Assembly: GCA_963734695.1 (NCBI GenBank)
Contig: CAVTIL010000011.1
Coordinates: forward strand, 158,144-222,143
Reading direction: 5' to 3'
Origin: an uncultured Acidobacteriota bacterium
Lineage (GTDB): Bacteria > Acidobacteriota > Vicinamibacteria > Vicinamibacterales > 2-12-FULL-66-21
DNA length: 64,000 nt
Shown here piece by piece: positions 1-8,262 of the stretch (position 1 is the stretch's first letter; each line of letters starts with the position of its first letter). The notes under the pieces are model-generated. The model made no database searches. It was not told the origin of the DNA and was given only the letters and a program-made list of their open reading frames with translations. The position numbers and the translations under genes were made by a program.

Positions 1-30
1 GGAATCGGCGCAGAAAGAACCGGGCGGCGG

Positions 31-1971
31 TTAGCTCGGAGCCCCCGTAGTGGCGGACGTTCTTTCGTCCGGCTCGGTCGTGTCCCTCTCCTGATCCCGG
101 TACTGCAACTGATACAGCTTGTAGTAGATGCCCCGCTCGGCCAGCAGTTCCTGGTGCGTGCCGACCTCCCGGAGCTGCCCCTTGTGCAGGACGAGGATCT
201 TGTCCATGTCCTGGATCGTCGAGAGGCGATGGGCAATGGCGATGGTCGTGCGCCCGGCCATTAGGACTTCGAGGGCGTCGCGAATCAGCAGCTCCGTTTC
301 GGTGTCGATGCTCGACGTGGCCTCGTCCAGGACGAGGATTCGGGGGTTGAACGCCAGCGCCCTCGCGAACGAGAGCAACTGCTTCTGGCCGACTGAGAGC
401 GTCGCGCCCCGTTCGGCCACGGCGCTGCCGTAGCCTGACGGAAGCTGCTCGATGAAGCGGTTCGCGTGCACCGCTTCCGCGGCCCGCATCACGTCACGGT
501 CGGTGATGGACTGATCGCCGAGCCGGATATTGGCCGCAATCGTGCCGGAAAAGAGGTGCACGTCCTGGAGCACGAGGCCGAACAGCCGGCGCAGCTCCTT
601 CAAATCCATCTCTCGCACGTCGACGCCGTCCACGAGGATGCGGCCCCGGGTGACGTCGTAAAAGCGCAGCAGCAGGTTGATGAGCGTCGACTTCCCCGCG
701 CCCGTGGCGCCGACGACCCCCACGCGCTCGCCAGGCTTGACCTCGAAGGAGACGTCACGCAGGACGAAGTTCGGATCCCCTCCACCATCAGCTCCGGCGC
801 CGGCGTTGTATGCAAACCACACTTGGTCGAAGACGATGTGACCCGACTGGCTCCTGGCTTCTGGCTTCTGGCTCCTGGCGGTTCCGGATGCATCCTGGCA
901 GGCTGTCACTGGGTGGCTCTCGCCGTCTTCGCCAGCAGCCAGCAGCCGAGAGCCAGCAGCCGGCGGCGACTCGATCCGTACTTCGGTATCCAGCAATTTG
1001 AAAATCCGCTCCGACGAGGCCATGGCCGCCTGCAGGACGTTGAACTTCTCCGACATGTCGCTGATCGGGCGGAAGAACCGGCTGGAATAGAGCAGGAACG
1101 CGACGAGCGAGCCGATCGTCAAGGCGCCCTGCAGGGTCCACCACCCGCCGAACCAGATGATCAGCGCAGCCGCCAGCGCACCGATGATTTCAATCGCCGG
1201 GTAGAACAGGGCGTAGAACAGAATCGAGTCGATGTTGGCGTCGCGATGGCGCCGGTTGATGTCGTCGAACCGGTCGAAGGTGCGCGCTTCACGCCGGAAG
1301 AGCTGCACGGTCGACATGCCCGTGATGTGTTCCTGGAGAAACGCGTTGATGCGCGCGACCCACGCGCGCACGGTCCGGTACGACTCGCGCACGTTCCGCC
1401 GGAACCACTGCGTCACCAGCACGATGAGCGGGAGCACCGCAAACGTCACCAGCGCAAGCCGCCAGTTCATCGTGACGAGGACGATCATGATCCCGGCCAG
1501 CGTGAAGACATCCCCGAAGATCGACACGACGCCCGCGGTGAACATGTCGTTGATGACATCCACGTCCGTGGTCACCCTGGTCATCAGGCGGCCGACGGGA
1601 TTGCGATCGTAGAATTGCAGGTCGATCCGCTGCAGGTGCCGATAGATCTGCAGCCGCATGTCGTACATGATCTGCTGCCCGGTCAGCTGCAGCGTCCAGG
1701 TCTGCACGAACTCCAACCCGAACGAACCCATCAGGATGACGAAATAGACGAGCGCGATACGATCGATGCCCCGGAGATCGCCGTTCGCGATGTAGCGATC
1801 GATCGCGAGCTTCATCAAGTAGGGCTGGGCAAGCTGGAGGACCGATGCCGAAATGATGGCGGCGAGGGCCAGCGCAACCTGAGGCTTGTACGGCCGCAGG
1901 TACCGCAGCAGCCGCCGCATCAGGGTCGCGTCGTAGGCCTTACCGAGGACTTCTTCTTCGTGGAAAGACAT
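31..1971 (-). CDS. ABC transporter ATP-binding/permease protein (type I exporter half-transporter, downstream partner)
   Basis: ORF 31..2028, with the start moved to MSFHEEEV (ATG at 1971), 4 nt after the upstream stop. An N-terminal multi-TM exporter domain is followed by an NBD with Walker A GATGAGKST, signature LSVGQKQ, Walker B ILVLDEATS and H-loop IAHRLST. Confidence 0.9.
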   Translation of the reverse strand: MSFHEEEVLGKAYDATLMRRLLRYLRPYKPQVALALAAIISASVLQLAQPYLMKLAIDRYIANGDLRGIDRIALVYFVILMGSFGLEFVQTWTLQLTGQQIMYDMRLQIYRHLQRIDLQFYDRNPVGRLMTRVTTDVDVINDMFTAGVVSIFGDVFTLAGIMIVLVTMNWRLALVTFAVLPLIVLVTQWFRRNVRESYRTVRAWVARINAFLQEHITGMSTVQLFRREARTFDRFDDINRRHRDANIDSILFYALFYPAIEIIGALAAALIIWFGGWWTLQGALTIGSLVAFLLYSSRFFRPISDMSEKFNVLQAAMASSERIFKLLDTEVRIESPPAAGSRLLAAGEDGESHPVTACQDASGTARSQKPEARSQSGHIVFDQVWFAYNAGAGADGGGDPNFVLRDVSFEVKPGERVGVVGATGAGKSTLINLLLRFYDVTRGRILVDGVDVREMDLKELRRLFGLVLQDVHLFSGTIAANIRLGDQSITDRDVMRAAEAVHANRFIEQLPSGYGSAVAERGATLSVGQKQLLSFARALAFNPRILVLDEATSSIDTETELLIRDALEVLMAGRTTIAIAHRLSTIQDMDKILVLHKGQLREVGTHQELLAERGIYYKLYQLQYRDQERDTTEPDERTSATTGAPS

Positions 1972-1975
1972 TAGT

Positions 1976-3925
1976 TCAGCTGGCCGCGAGCTCCTCTTCG
2001 AGCAGCTGCTTCCTGTAAAGCGCGGCATAGAGTCCGCCGCGTGCGACGAGAGCGTCGTGATGCCCGCGCTCGGCTATCCGGCCGCGATCGAGGACGAAGA
2101 TTTGATCGGCATCCCGCACCGTCGAGACACGGTGCGCGACAATGATCGATGTCCGCTGGCGCATGACGCCCTTCAGCCTCGACAGGATTTCCTCCTCCGT
2201 ATACGTATCCACGGCCGACAGTGCATCGTCCAGGATCAGCACGCGCGGATCGACCATCAGCGCGCGCGCCAGCGCGGTTCGCTGCTTCTGGCCGCCCGAC
2301 AGGGTGATGCCTCGCTCCCCCACGGCCGTGTGGTACCCCTTGGGGAACGACTCGACGTCCTTGTCGAGCCGCGCCACCGCCGCTGCGTCCTTCATGCGCC
2401 GCTCGAGATCCGGGTCCATGCTGTGTTTCTCTGCATTCTTCTGTGACACGCTGTGTTTTTCTGTGTTTTTCTCAGGCCTGTGTTTTTCTGTGTTTTTCTG
2501 TGGCCTGGGTTCGTCTGTGTCTTTCTGCGGCCTGTGTTTTTCTGTGTTTTTCTGTGGCCCGTGTTCGTCCGTGTCTTTCTGCGGCCTGTGTTCGTCTGTG
2601 TTCTTCTGCGGCCGCACGCCGAACGCGATGTTCCCGGCAATCGACTCCGAGAACAGGAATGGCTCCTGGGGCACGAACCCGATGGCGCCCCGCAGGCGTT
2701 CGAGCGGTATTTCCCGCACATCGACTCCGTCCATGAAGACCGTGCCTGGCAGCGGATCGTGCAAACGCGGCAACAAAGAAATCAGCGTGGACTTGCCGGA
2801 GCCGGTCGCGCCAACGAACGCCACGGTCTGGCCCGGTTCGATCCGCAGCGACACGTCGTCGAGCACCGGCCGGTCTGAGGCGGGGTACGTGAAGGTCAGG
2901 TGACGGAGCTCGATCGCGCCGCTCAGCGTCACCATGCGTCCAGCTTCGGTCACGGACGCATCGCCGATATCGGGCGTCGCATCGAGGATCTCGAGCATGC
3001 GCTTCCACGACGCCATCCCGCGCTGCAGCATGTTCGTGACCCAGCCAAACGCGATCATCGGCCAGCTGAGCATCACGAGGTACGAGTTGAAGGCCACGAA
3101 GTCGCCAAGCGTGATGCGCCCGCGAATCACCTCGCGGCTTCCTACCCACAGGACGAGCAGCGCGCCGAGGCCCAGAAAGAAAGTCATGCTCGGATAGAAC
3201 ATGCCCTGCAGCCGGATGAGGACGCGATTCCGGCGGATGTATTCATCGTTCGCGACGCTGAACCGCGCGATCTCGTGCGGTTCCTGGTTGTAGGCCCGCA
3301 CCACCCGCACGCCGGCGAGCGCTTCCTGGACAACGGCGCTGAGATCGGCCAGCTGAGCCTGGATGGCTTCGAAGCGCTTGTGGATCGCGCTGCCGAAGTA
3401 TTTGACGCTCACCGACACCATGGGCAGCGGAATGAGCGCGATGAGCGTCAACCGTGCGTCGATCGACACCATCAGCACAATCGCGACCGCAAACACCAGG
3501 ATCGTGCTCGCGGAGTACATGACGGCAGGGCCGATCATCATGCGCACCGCGTTCAGGTCGTTGGTGGCGCGCGACATCAGGTCGCCCGTTCGGCGCGCCT
3601 GGTAGTACGCAAGCGGCATGTCCTGCAGCCGCGCGAAGAACGCATTCCGGATGTCGTATTCGATGTCGCGCGAGGCGCCGATGATGATTCGGCGCATGAG
3701 GAACTGGAAGACCGACCGCACGCACGTCACGCCGAGGATGAGGGCCGCGTACGTGATGAGCTTCTGACGCGTCACCGCCCGGGTCAGATCATCGATCGCA
3801 AAGCGGAGCACCCACGGGCCCAGGAGCTGGAACGTCGACGACAGCACGACACACATGAAGCCGAGCACGAACTGTCTCTTGTAGCGCAGAACAAAAGGAA
3901 GAAGACGACGGAAGGCGGGCCGCAT
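1976..3925 (-). CDS. ABC transporter ATP-binding/permease protein (type I exporter half-transporter, upstream partner) with repeat insert in the NBD
   Basis: 649-aa ORF. A TMD is followed by an NBD with Walker A GATGSGKST, Q-loop VPQEPFLF, signature LSGGQKQR, Walker B LILDDALS and H-loop VAHRVST. Tandem placement with the next half-transporter suggests a heterodimeric exporter. Confidence 0.9.
   Translation of the reverse strand: MRPAFRRLLPFVLRYKRQFVLGFMCVVLSSTFQLLGPWVLRFAIDDLTRAVTRQKLITYAALILGVTCVRSVFQFLMRRIIIGASRDIEYDIRNAFFARLQDMPLAYYQARRTGDLMSRATNDLNAVRMMIGPAVMYSASTILVFAVAIVLMVSIDARLTLIALIPLPMVSVSVKYFGSAIHKRFEAIQAQLADLSAVVQEALAGVRVVRAYNQEPHEIARFSVANDEYIRRNRVLIRLQGMFYPSMTFFLGLGALLVLWVGSREVIRGRITLGDFVAFNSYLVMLSWPMIAFGWVTNMLQRGMASWKRMLEILDATPDIGDASVTEAGRMVTLSGAIELRHLTFTYPASDRPVLDDVSLRIEPGQTVAFVGATGSGKSTLISLLPRLHDPLPGTVFMDGVDVREIPLERLRGAIGFVPQEPFLFSESIAGNIAFGVRPQKNTDEHRPQKDTDEHGPQKNTEKHRPQKDTDEPRPQKNTEKHRPEKNTEKHSVSQKNAEKHSMDPDLERRMKDAAAVARLDKDVESFPKGYHTAVGERGITLSGGQKQRTALARALMVDPRVLILDDALSAVDTYTEEEILSRLKGVMRQRTSIIVAHRVSTVRDADQIFVLDRGRIAERGHHDALVARGGLYAALYRKQLLEEELAAS
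2419..2612. repeat. 27-nt tandem repeat array (6 clean units plus a degenerate leader) inside the ABC transporter CDS
   Basis: Units at 2451, 2478, 2505, 2532, 2559 and 2586, e.g. ctgtgtttttctgtgtttttctgtggc. On the minus strand they translate as RPQKNTDEH/RPQKDTDEH/GPQKNTEKH and similar. Confidence 0.9.
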
Positions 3926-3943
3926 TCCTTTGAGTATATAGGT

Positions 3944-4030
3944 GCCGGGATCCGGGATCCGAGGTCCGGGGTCCGGGATCCGGGGTGCTGCCGGACTGAA
4001 TCCGCTGTCCGGGCCGGGATCGGATCCCGG
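3944..4030. repeat. GGATCC/CCGGG-rich micro-repeat tract with a 17-nt palindrome
   Basis: The tract ccgggatccgggatccgaggtccggggtccgggatccgggg lies at 3944..3987. The palindrome ccgggatcGgatcccgg lies at 4014..4030. Both sit between the TBDR stop and the ABC operon start. Confidence 0.7.
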
Positions 4031-4055
4031 ACCACGGACAACGGATCCCGACTAC

Positions 4056-7008
4056 TTAAAACTCAAATCGCAGACCGATCTGCACTTTGCGTGGCGCGTA
4101 GCTCGTGCTGTACGCAGTCAGCAGCAGGAACGACGTCGACGCCTGGTTGCCGGTCGGGTTTGCGAAGTTCGTGTGGTTCGTCATGTTGAACACATCGGCC
4201 GAGACTTCAATCCGCTTGCGGGCCGCCACGGTAAACACGTAGCCAAATCGCATGTCGACGTTGAGGAAGCCAGGACCGCGTGCCCCGTTGCGATGGCTCT
4301 CGAAACCTTTGACGTCGTAGGGATCCGCGCCAGTGCCTGAATAGTCGCCGGCCGGCAGCGGCTCCGCCTGAATGCCGTTGAGATCCGGATCGACGTTGGC
4401 GTTTGTCAACGTGAACGGACTGCCGCTGAGTGCCCGTGCAACCCAGCTGAGGTTCAGTCCCTTGGTGCGGGGAATCAGTGCCGTGCCGCTCAGCGTGAAG
4501 TTGTGGCGGATGTCGAAATCCGTCGGGCCCTCGTTCAGCTCCAGGTGCAGGTCGTCGGCCACCTGGAAGTTGCTGCCTGCCGCACCGTTCCCGGAGGTAT
4601 TGCCTTTGGACTTCCCGTAGGTGTACGACACCTGCGTGCTGTAGTTGTGGCTAAAGCGCTTCTTCAGCTGCAGCATGACCGCGTCGTAATCCAACTTCCC
4701 CACGTTGAGGAATTGATTGACGTTCGCGGTGAATGGCACGAAGCCCGGATACTGCGCCTGGAGCTCCGCGGTTGCCATCGTCAACGTGGTGCTCCCAATC
4801 CTCTGCAGCGTCGACGAGTTGACATTTGGATTCGAGCGCAGCTGCGGATTCAGGTTCAGCACCATGAGCATGTCCCGACCCTGCGAGTGCACGTAATCGG
4901 CGCTGACCGCAACATCCGGGAAGAGCTGGCGTTCGAAGCCAACCGTCATTTCGTCGGTGTACGGCGTCCGGCGGTCGGGGTTGTCCCACGTCGCGCCGGT
5001 ATTACGAAGAAGTTGGCCCCCAGGATAAAGACGATCGAGCTCTGCCTGATTGATGACCGGGCCGTTCACCAGGAACGGATCCGTCGGGAGCTGGCCGTTG
5101 CGGGGACCGAGATCCGGCCCGGCGACGGGGAATGTCGTCGCGAACGAGCTGGTGAACGGCGTGCCGGTGTACAACCCGCCGATCACTTCGAAATGCGTCT
5201 TGTCGAAGAAGCGTCCATAGCCGGCGCGGGCGACGCTCTTGCCGTCAAAGTCGTAGGTGACGCCGAGGCGGGGCGCGACGTTGTTGCGGTCGGTCGGGTA
5301 CTTGTCGACGAGCGGATCGTCGGTTTCCGGAATGGGAAGGATTTCCACGTCGTAGCGCGCGCCAAGGCTGATGGTGAAGTTCTTATTGAGCCGCCACTTG
5401 TCCTGCGCAAACCCTGAGATGTAGTGAGCCTTTTCGGTGAACGTGCTGGGGCCGCCAACGCGAATGGTGAACCTGTCCGGATACGTAAACGGGTTCGCCG
5501 AATTGAACGGCGCGTTGTTTCGACCGAAGGCGAAGGTGCCATTCAAGTTTCCCTGGTTCGTGTTCCACGCGTTGGAGTATTGGTACTGAGCCCCGAACTT
5601 GATGTCGTGGTCGCCCCCCTTGTTCGCCAGGAACCAGCCCAGGGTCTCTTCTGCCTGAATGCCGTCATTGATGCGCGCCTGCGCCGTGTTGTCCTGCTGG
5701 TCGTTGTAATCCTGGAAGGCAAGCGAGACCGGGCACTTCGAAAGATCGCGCCCGTTCGTATTGAAGCAATTGTTGGCGAAGGTCACGTTTTCGCGAGTCC
5801 ACGTCACCCGCAGCGTGCTGACCTTCGTGTTCGACAGCACGGAATTGAGATTCGTGGAAAGCGTCTGGTCGACGTCAGACTCCTCGCGAGCAGCCGCGGG
5901 AGTAATCGGCGGCGGTGTGATGATCTGGTTGGCCTGCGGCGACTGCTCTCGCAACCACCTCACGCTGTACGTATTGCTGTTGTTGACCTGGTGATCGCCG
6001 CGCACGATCGTGTTCCAGACTCGATCGCGCGTGAGCTGCGTCCCGTTCATGTCCGGGCGCGAGGGAATGTTGATGGTGTTCGGCCGATCGATCGAAAACC
6101 GCTCGAGGCTTCCGAAGTAATGCAGTTTGTTCGCCACGATTGGCCCACCGACCGTGCCGCCCCAGCGCTGGTAGTTGGTGTCCGGCTTGGCGAGCCCCTT
6201 CTCTTTCGCGAAAAAATCCTTCGTCGTCAGGTTGCCGTCCTGCAGAAAGGCGAAGGCGCTTCCGCGAACCTGGTTCGTTCCCGACTTGGTCACGGCGTTG
6301 ATGATCGCTCCTGACGTGCGTCCGTACTGCGCATCGTACTGTCCGGTGATCACCTGGAATTCCTGGATGGCTTCAATCGGCGTCCGCGCCTGCGTGCCGG
6401 CTCGCTGACCGATGACGTCGTCGTTGTTGTTGCCGCCATCGAGCATGTAGTTGTTGTTGCGCGGATCCTGGCCGTTCACGCTGATGGAATCGCTGCCGAA
6501 CGACTCGGTGCTGATTGAAGGGACGATGCCCGGGAAGAAGACCGACGAAGCCGACGAAGTTGCCGTTGACGCTGGGCAGCTTCACGAGCGTTTCATTGGT
6601 GATGTTGCCGCCGATTTCCTTGGAGGTGACGTCGACGAGCGGTGATTCGGTGGTGACGATCACGGTTTCTTCAACACCGCCGACCGTCATCGACACGTCG
6701 ATACTGGACGTCTTGCCGACCTCGAGACGCAAGTCCTTGCGCTCGAATTTCTTGAAGCCCTGAAGCTCCGCGTTGACCTGGTAGGTTCCGGGCACGAGAC
6801 CGCTCGCGATGAACGTCCCGTCGGGGCCCGAGACCGTTTCGCGGAACATCCCGGTTTCCTGGTTGCGCACCACGACCGTCACGCCTGGCAGAACGGCGCC
6901 CTGCGGGTCGATCACCCGGCCTCGAAGTTCGGTGGTGCCCTGCTGTGCCGACGCCGACATGGCGATGAGCAGGGTCATCAGGACCCAGCCCATTACACGC
7001 TGCTTCAT
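4056..7008 (-). pseudogene. TonB-dependent receptor with N-terminal carboxypeptidase-regulatory-like domain, interrupted by one frameshift (pseudogene or assembly error)
   Basis: ORFs 6373..7044 and 4056..6479 form one gene. It has the signal peptide MKQRVMGWVLMTLLIAMSASAQQ, with AGGAGG 7 nt upstream of the ATG at 7008. A CarboxypepD_reg-like segment (GVTVVVRNQETG..GTFIASGLVPGTYQV) follows. The sequence continues ..LLPG|IVPSISTESFGSDSISVNGQDPRNNNYMLDGG across one extra nt at about 6528, next to CCCGGG. The C-terminus is ..QIGLRFEF. Confidence 0.85.
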
Positions 7009-7326
7009 ACCATTGCCTCCTGAGCTTACACCTCCGGAAATCACCTTACTTAAACAGTAAAGTGCCTGCCCGGTGGTTTCACCACACCATCCATCCCTGC
7101 ATCTCGGACTAATCCGAAAATCTGGAAACGCGCGCGAGTTTTCTGGATTCCTTGAATGAAAGCGCCGTGAATTCCCCGGTCAGGGACGAAATACGCGTTT
7201 CGTAACCGATTGTTGAGCAAGCGCAATGCCGCATGGTATTCTTGGCACGCCTACCCAGCAGGCTGCCCGCGCTCCTATCTGTAGCGAGCGCGTTGTCCTT
7301 AATCTTTCCCGGGGCGAGAAAATTCC

Positions 7327-8145
7327 ATGCGCACACGTACCGCACAGATATTCGTCTGGTCAGCAGTGCTCTGCCTGGCGGCCGCCCCCGCCAGCGCGCA
7401 GTACGGCGCGAAGCCGATGGCGGATCCTGCAACCGGTGAGACCTATCACGTCGAAGTCTCCGGGGATTTCTGGAACCCGAATCCCCAGATCGCCATCACC
7501 AGCGAGTCGCTGGGAATCATCGGCTCACGGATCGACTTCGTGACCGACCTCGGGATCGTTCAGACGACGTTCCGCCAGCTGAAAGTCGTGTTGCGTCCCG
7601 CGCAGAAGCACAAGTTCCGCTTCGAGTACACGCCAATCAGCTACGAGGCCGAAGGCGCGATCAAAGCCAACATCATTTTCAACGGGATCCTGTACCCGGT
7701 GTCCCTGCCCGTCGCCAGCAAACTCGAGTGGAAGGCGTACCGCTTCGCGTACGAATACGACTTCGTCTACACGGACCGCGGCTTTTTCGGGATGGTGCTC
7801 GACGCGCACTACACGGACGTGTCGGCTTCGCTCTCGAATGTGATCGGCACTGAATTCGTGCAGGCCAAGGCGCCGATCCCAACCATCGGGGCCATCGGGC
7901 GTGTCTACGTCGCGCCGAACATCTCGATCACCGGAGAACTCGCGGGGCTGGGAAGTGGAGGCATCTTCGGCGAAGACTACCGCGCGCACTATATCGACTT
8001 CGATCTGTACGGCACGGTGAACTTCAACAACTACGTGGGCGCGCAGGTCGGATATCGCTCGTTCAACGTCTTCTATCACCTGAAGCACGACGAAGGGAAC
8101 CTCGATCTCAGGGGGCTCTACTTCGGGGGGGCCGTCAGATTCTGA
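7327..8145 (+). CDS. outer-membrane beta-barrel protein (family unknown)
   Basis: 272-aa ORF with the signal peptide MRTRTAQIFVWSAVLCLAAAPASAQ. It shows an alternating aromatic/Gly-rich beta-strand pattern and ends in ..YFGGAVRF, with a terminal Phe as in OMPs. Confidence 0.7.
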   Translation: MRTRTAQIFVWSAVLCLAAAPASAQYGAKPMADPATGETYHVEVSGDFWNPNPQIAITSESLGIIGSRIDFVTDLGIVQTTFRQLKVVLRPAQKHKFRFEYTPISYEAEGAIKANIIFNGILYPVSLPVASKLEWKAYRFAYEYDFVYTDRGFFGMVLDAHYTDVSASLSNVIGTEFVQAKAPIPTIGAIGRVYVAPNISITGELAGLGSGGIFGEDYRAHYIDFDLYGTVNFNNYVGAQVGYRSFNVFYHLKHDEGNLDLRGLYFGGAVRF

Positions 8146-8146
8146 T

Positions 8147-8262
8147 CGGGTTCTACTGGGTTCCACAGGGTTCGTGGCTCGAACCGGCAGAGAGGGAGAA
8201 CCTTGTAGAACCCTGAACGAACCTTGTAGAACCGTGTAGAACCTAGGAGAACCCTGTAGAAC
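8147..8262. repeat. TAGAACC decamer repeat region arranged as an inverted repeat
   Basis: The left arm gggttctactgggttccacagggttcg contains GGTTCTAC, the reverse complement of the motif. The right arm is gagaaccttgtagaaccctgaacgaaccttgtagaaccgtgtagaacctaggagaaccctgtagaacc. It is homologous to 47799..47873. Confidence 0.85.

Noticed and set aside
466-1974. A 502-aa plus-strand ORF, and similar long ORFs such as 22368..24125 (-) at 585 aa, 48254..50353 (+) at 699 aa, 41076..42158 (+), 55663..56781 (+) and 60333..61697 (+).
   Set aside because: All lie antisense or out of frame over genes with clear family motifs. Their products are Arg/His/Asp/Gly-rich low complexity with no motifs. They are the usual stop-poor shadow frames of GC-rich DNA.
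2419-2612. The 27-nt tandem repeats, and the 10-nt arrays at 8196..8262 and 47799..47873, considered as a CRISPR array.
   Set aside because: The units are contiguous with no unique spacers and are much shorter than CRISPR repeat-spacer periods. The first array is in frame inside a CDS. No cas genes are present.
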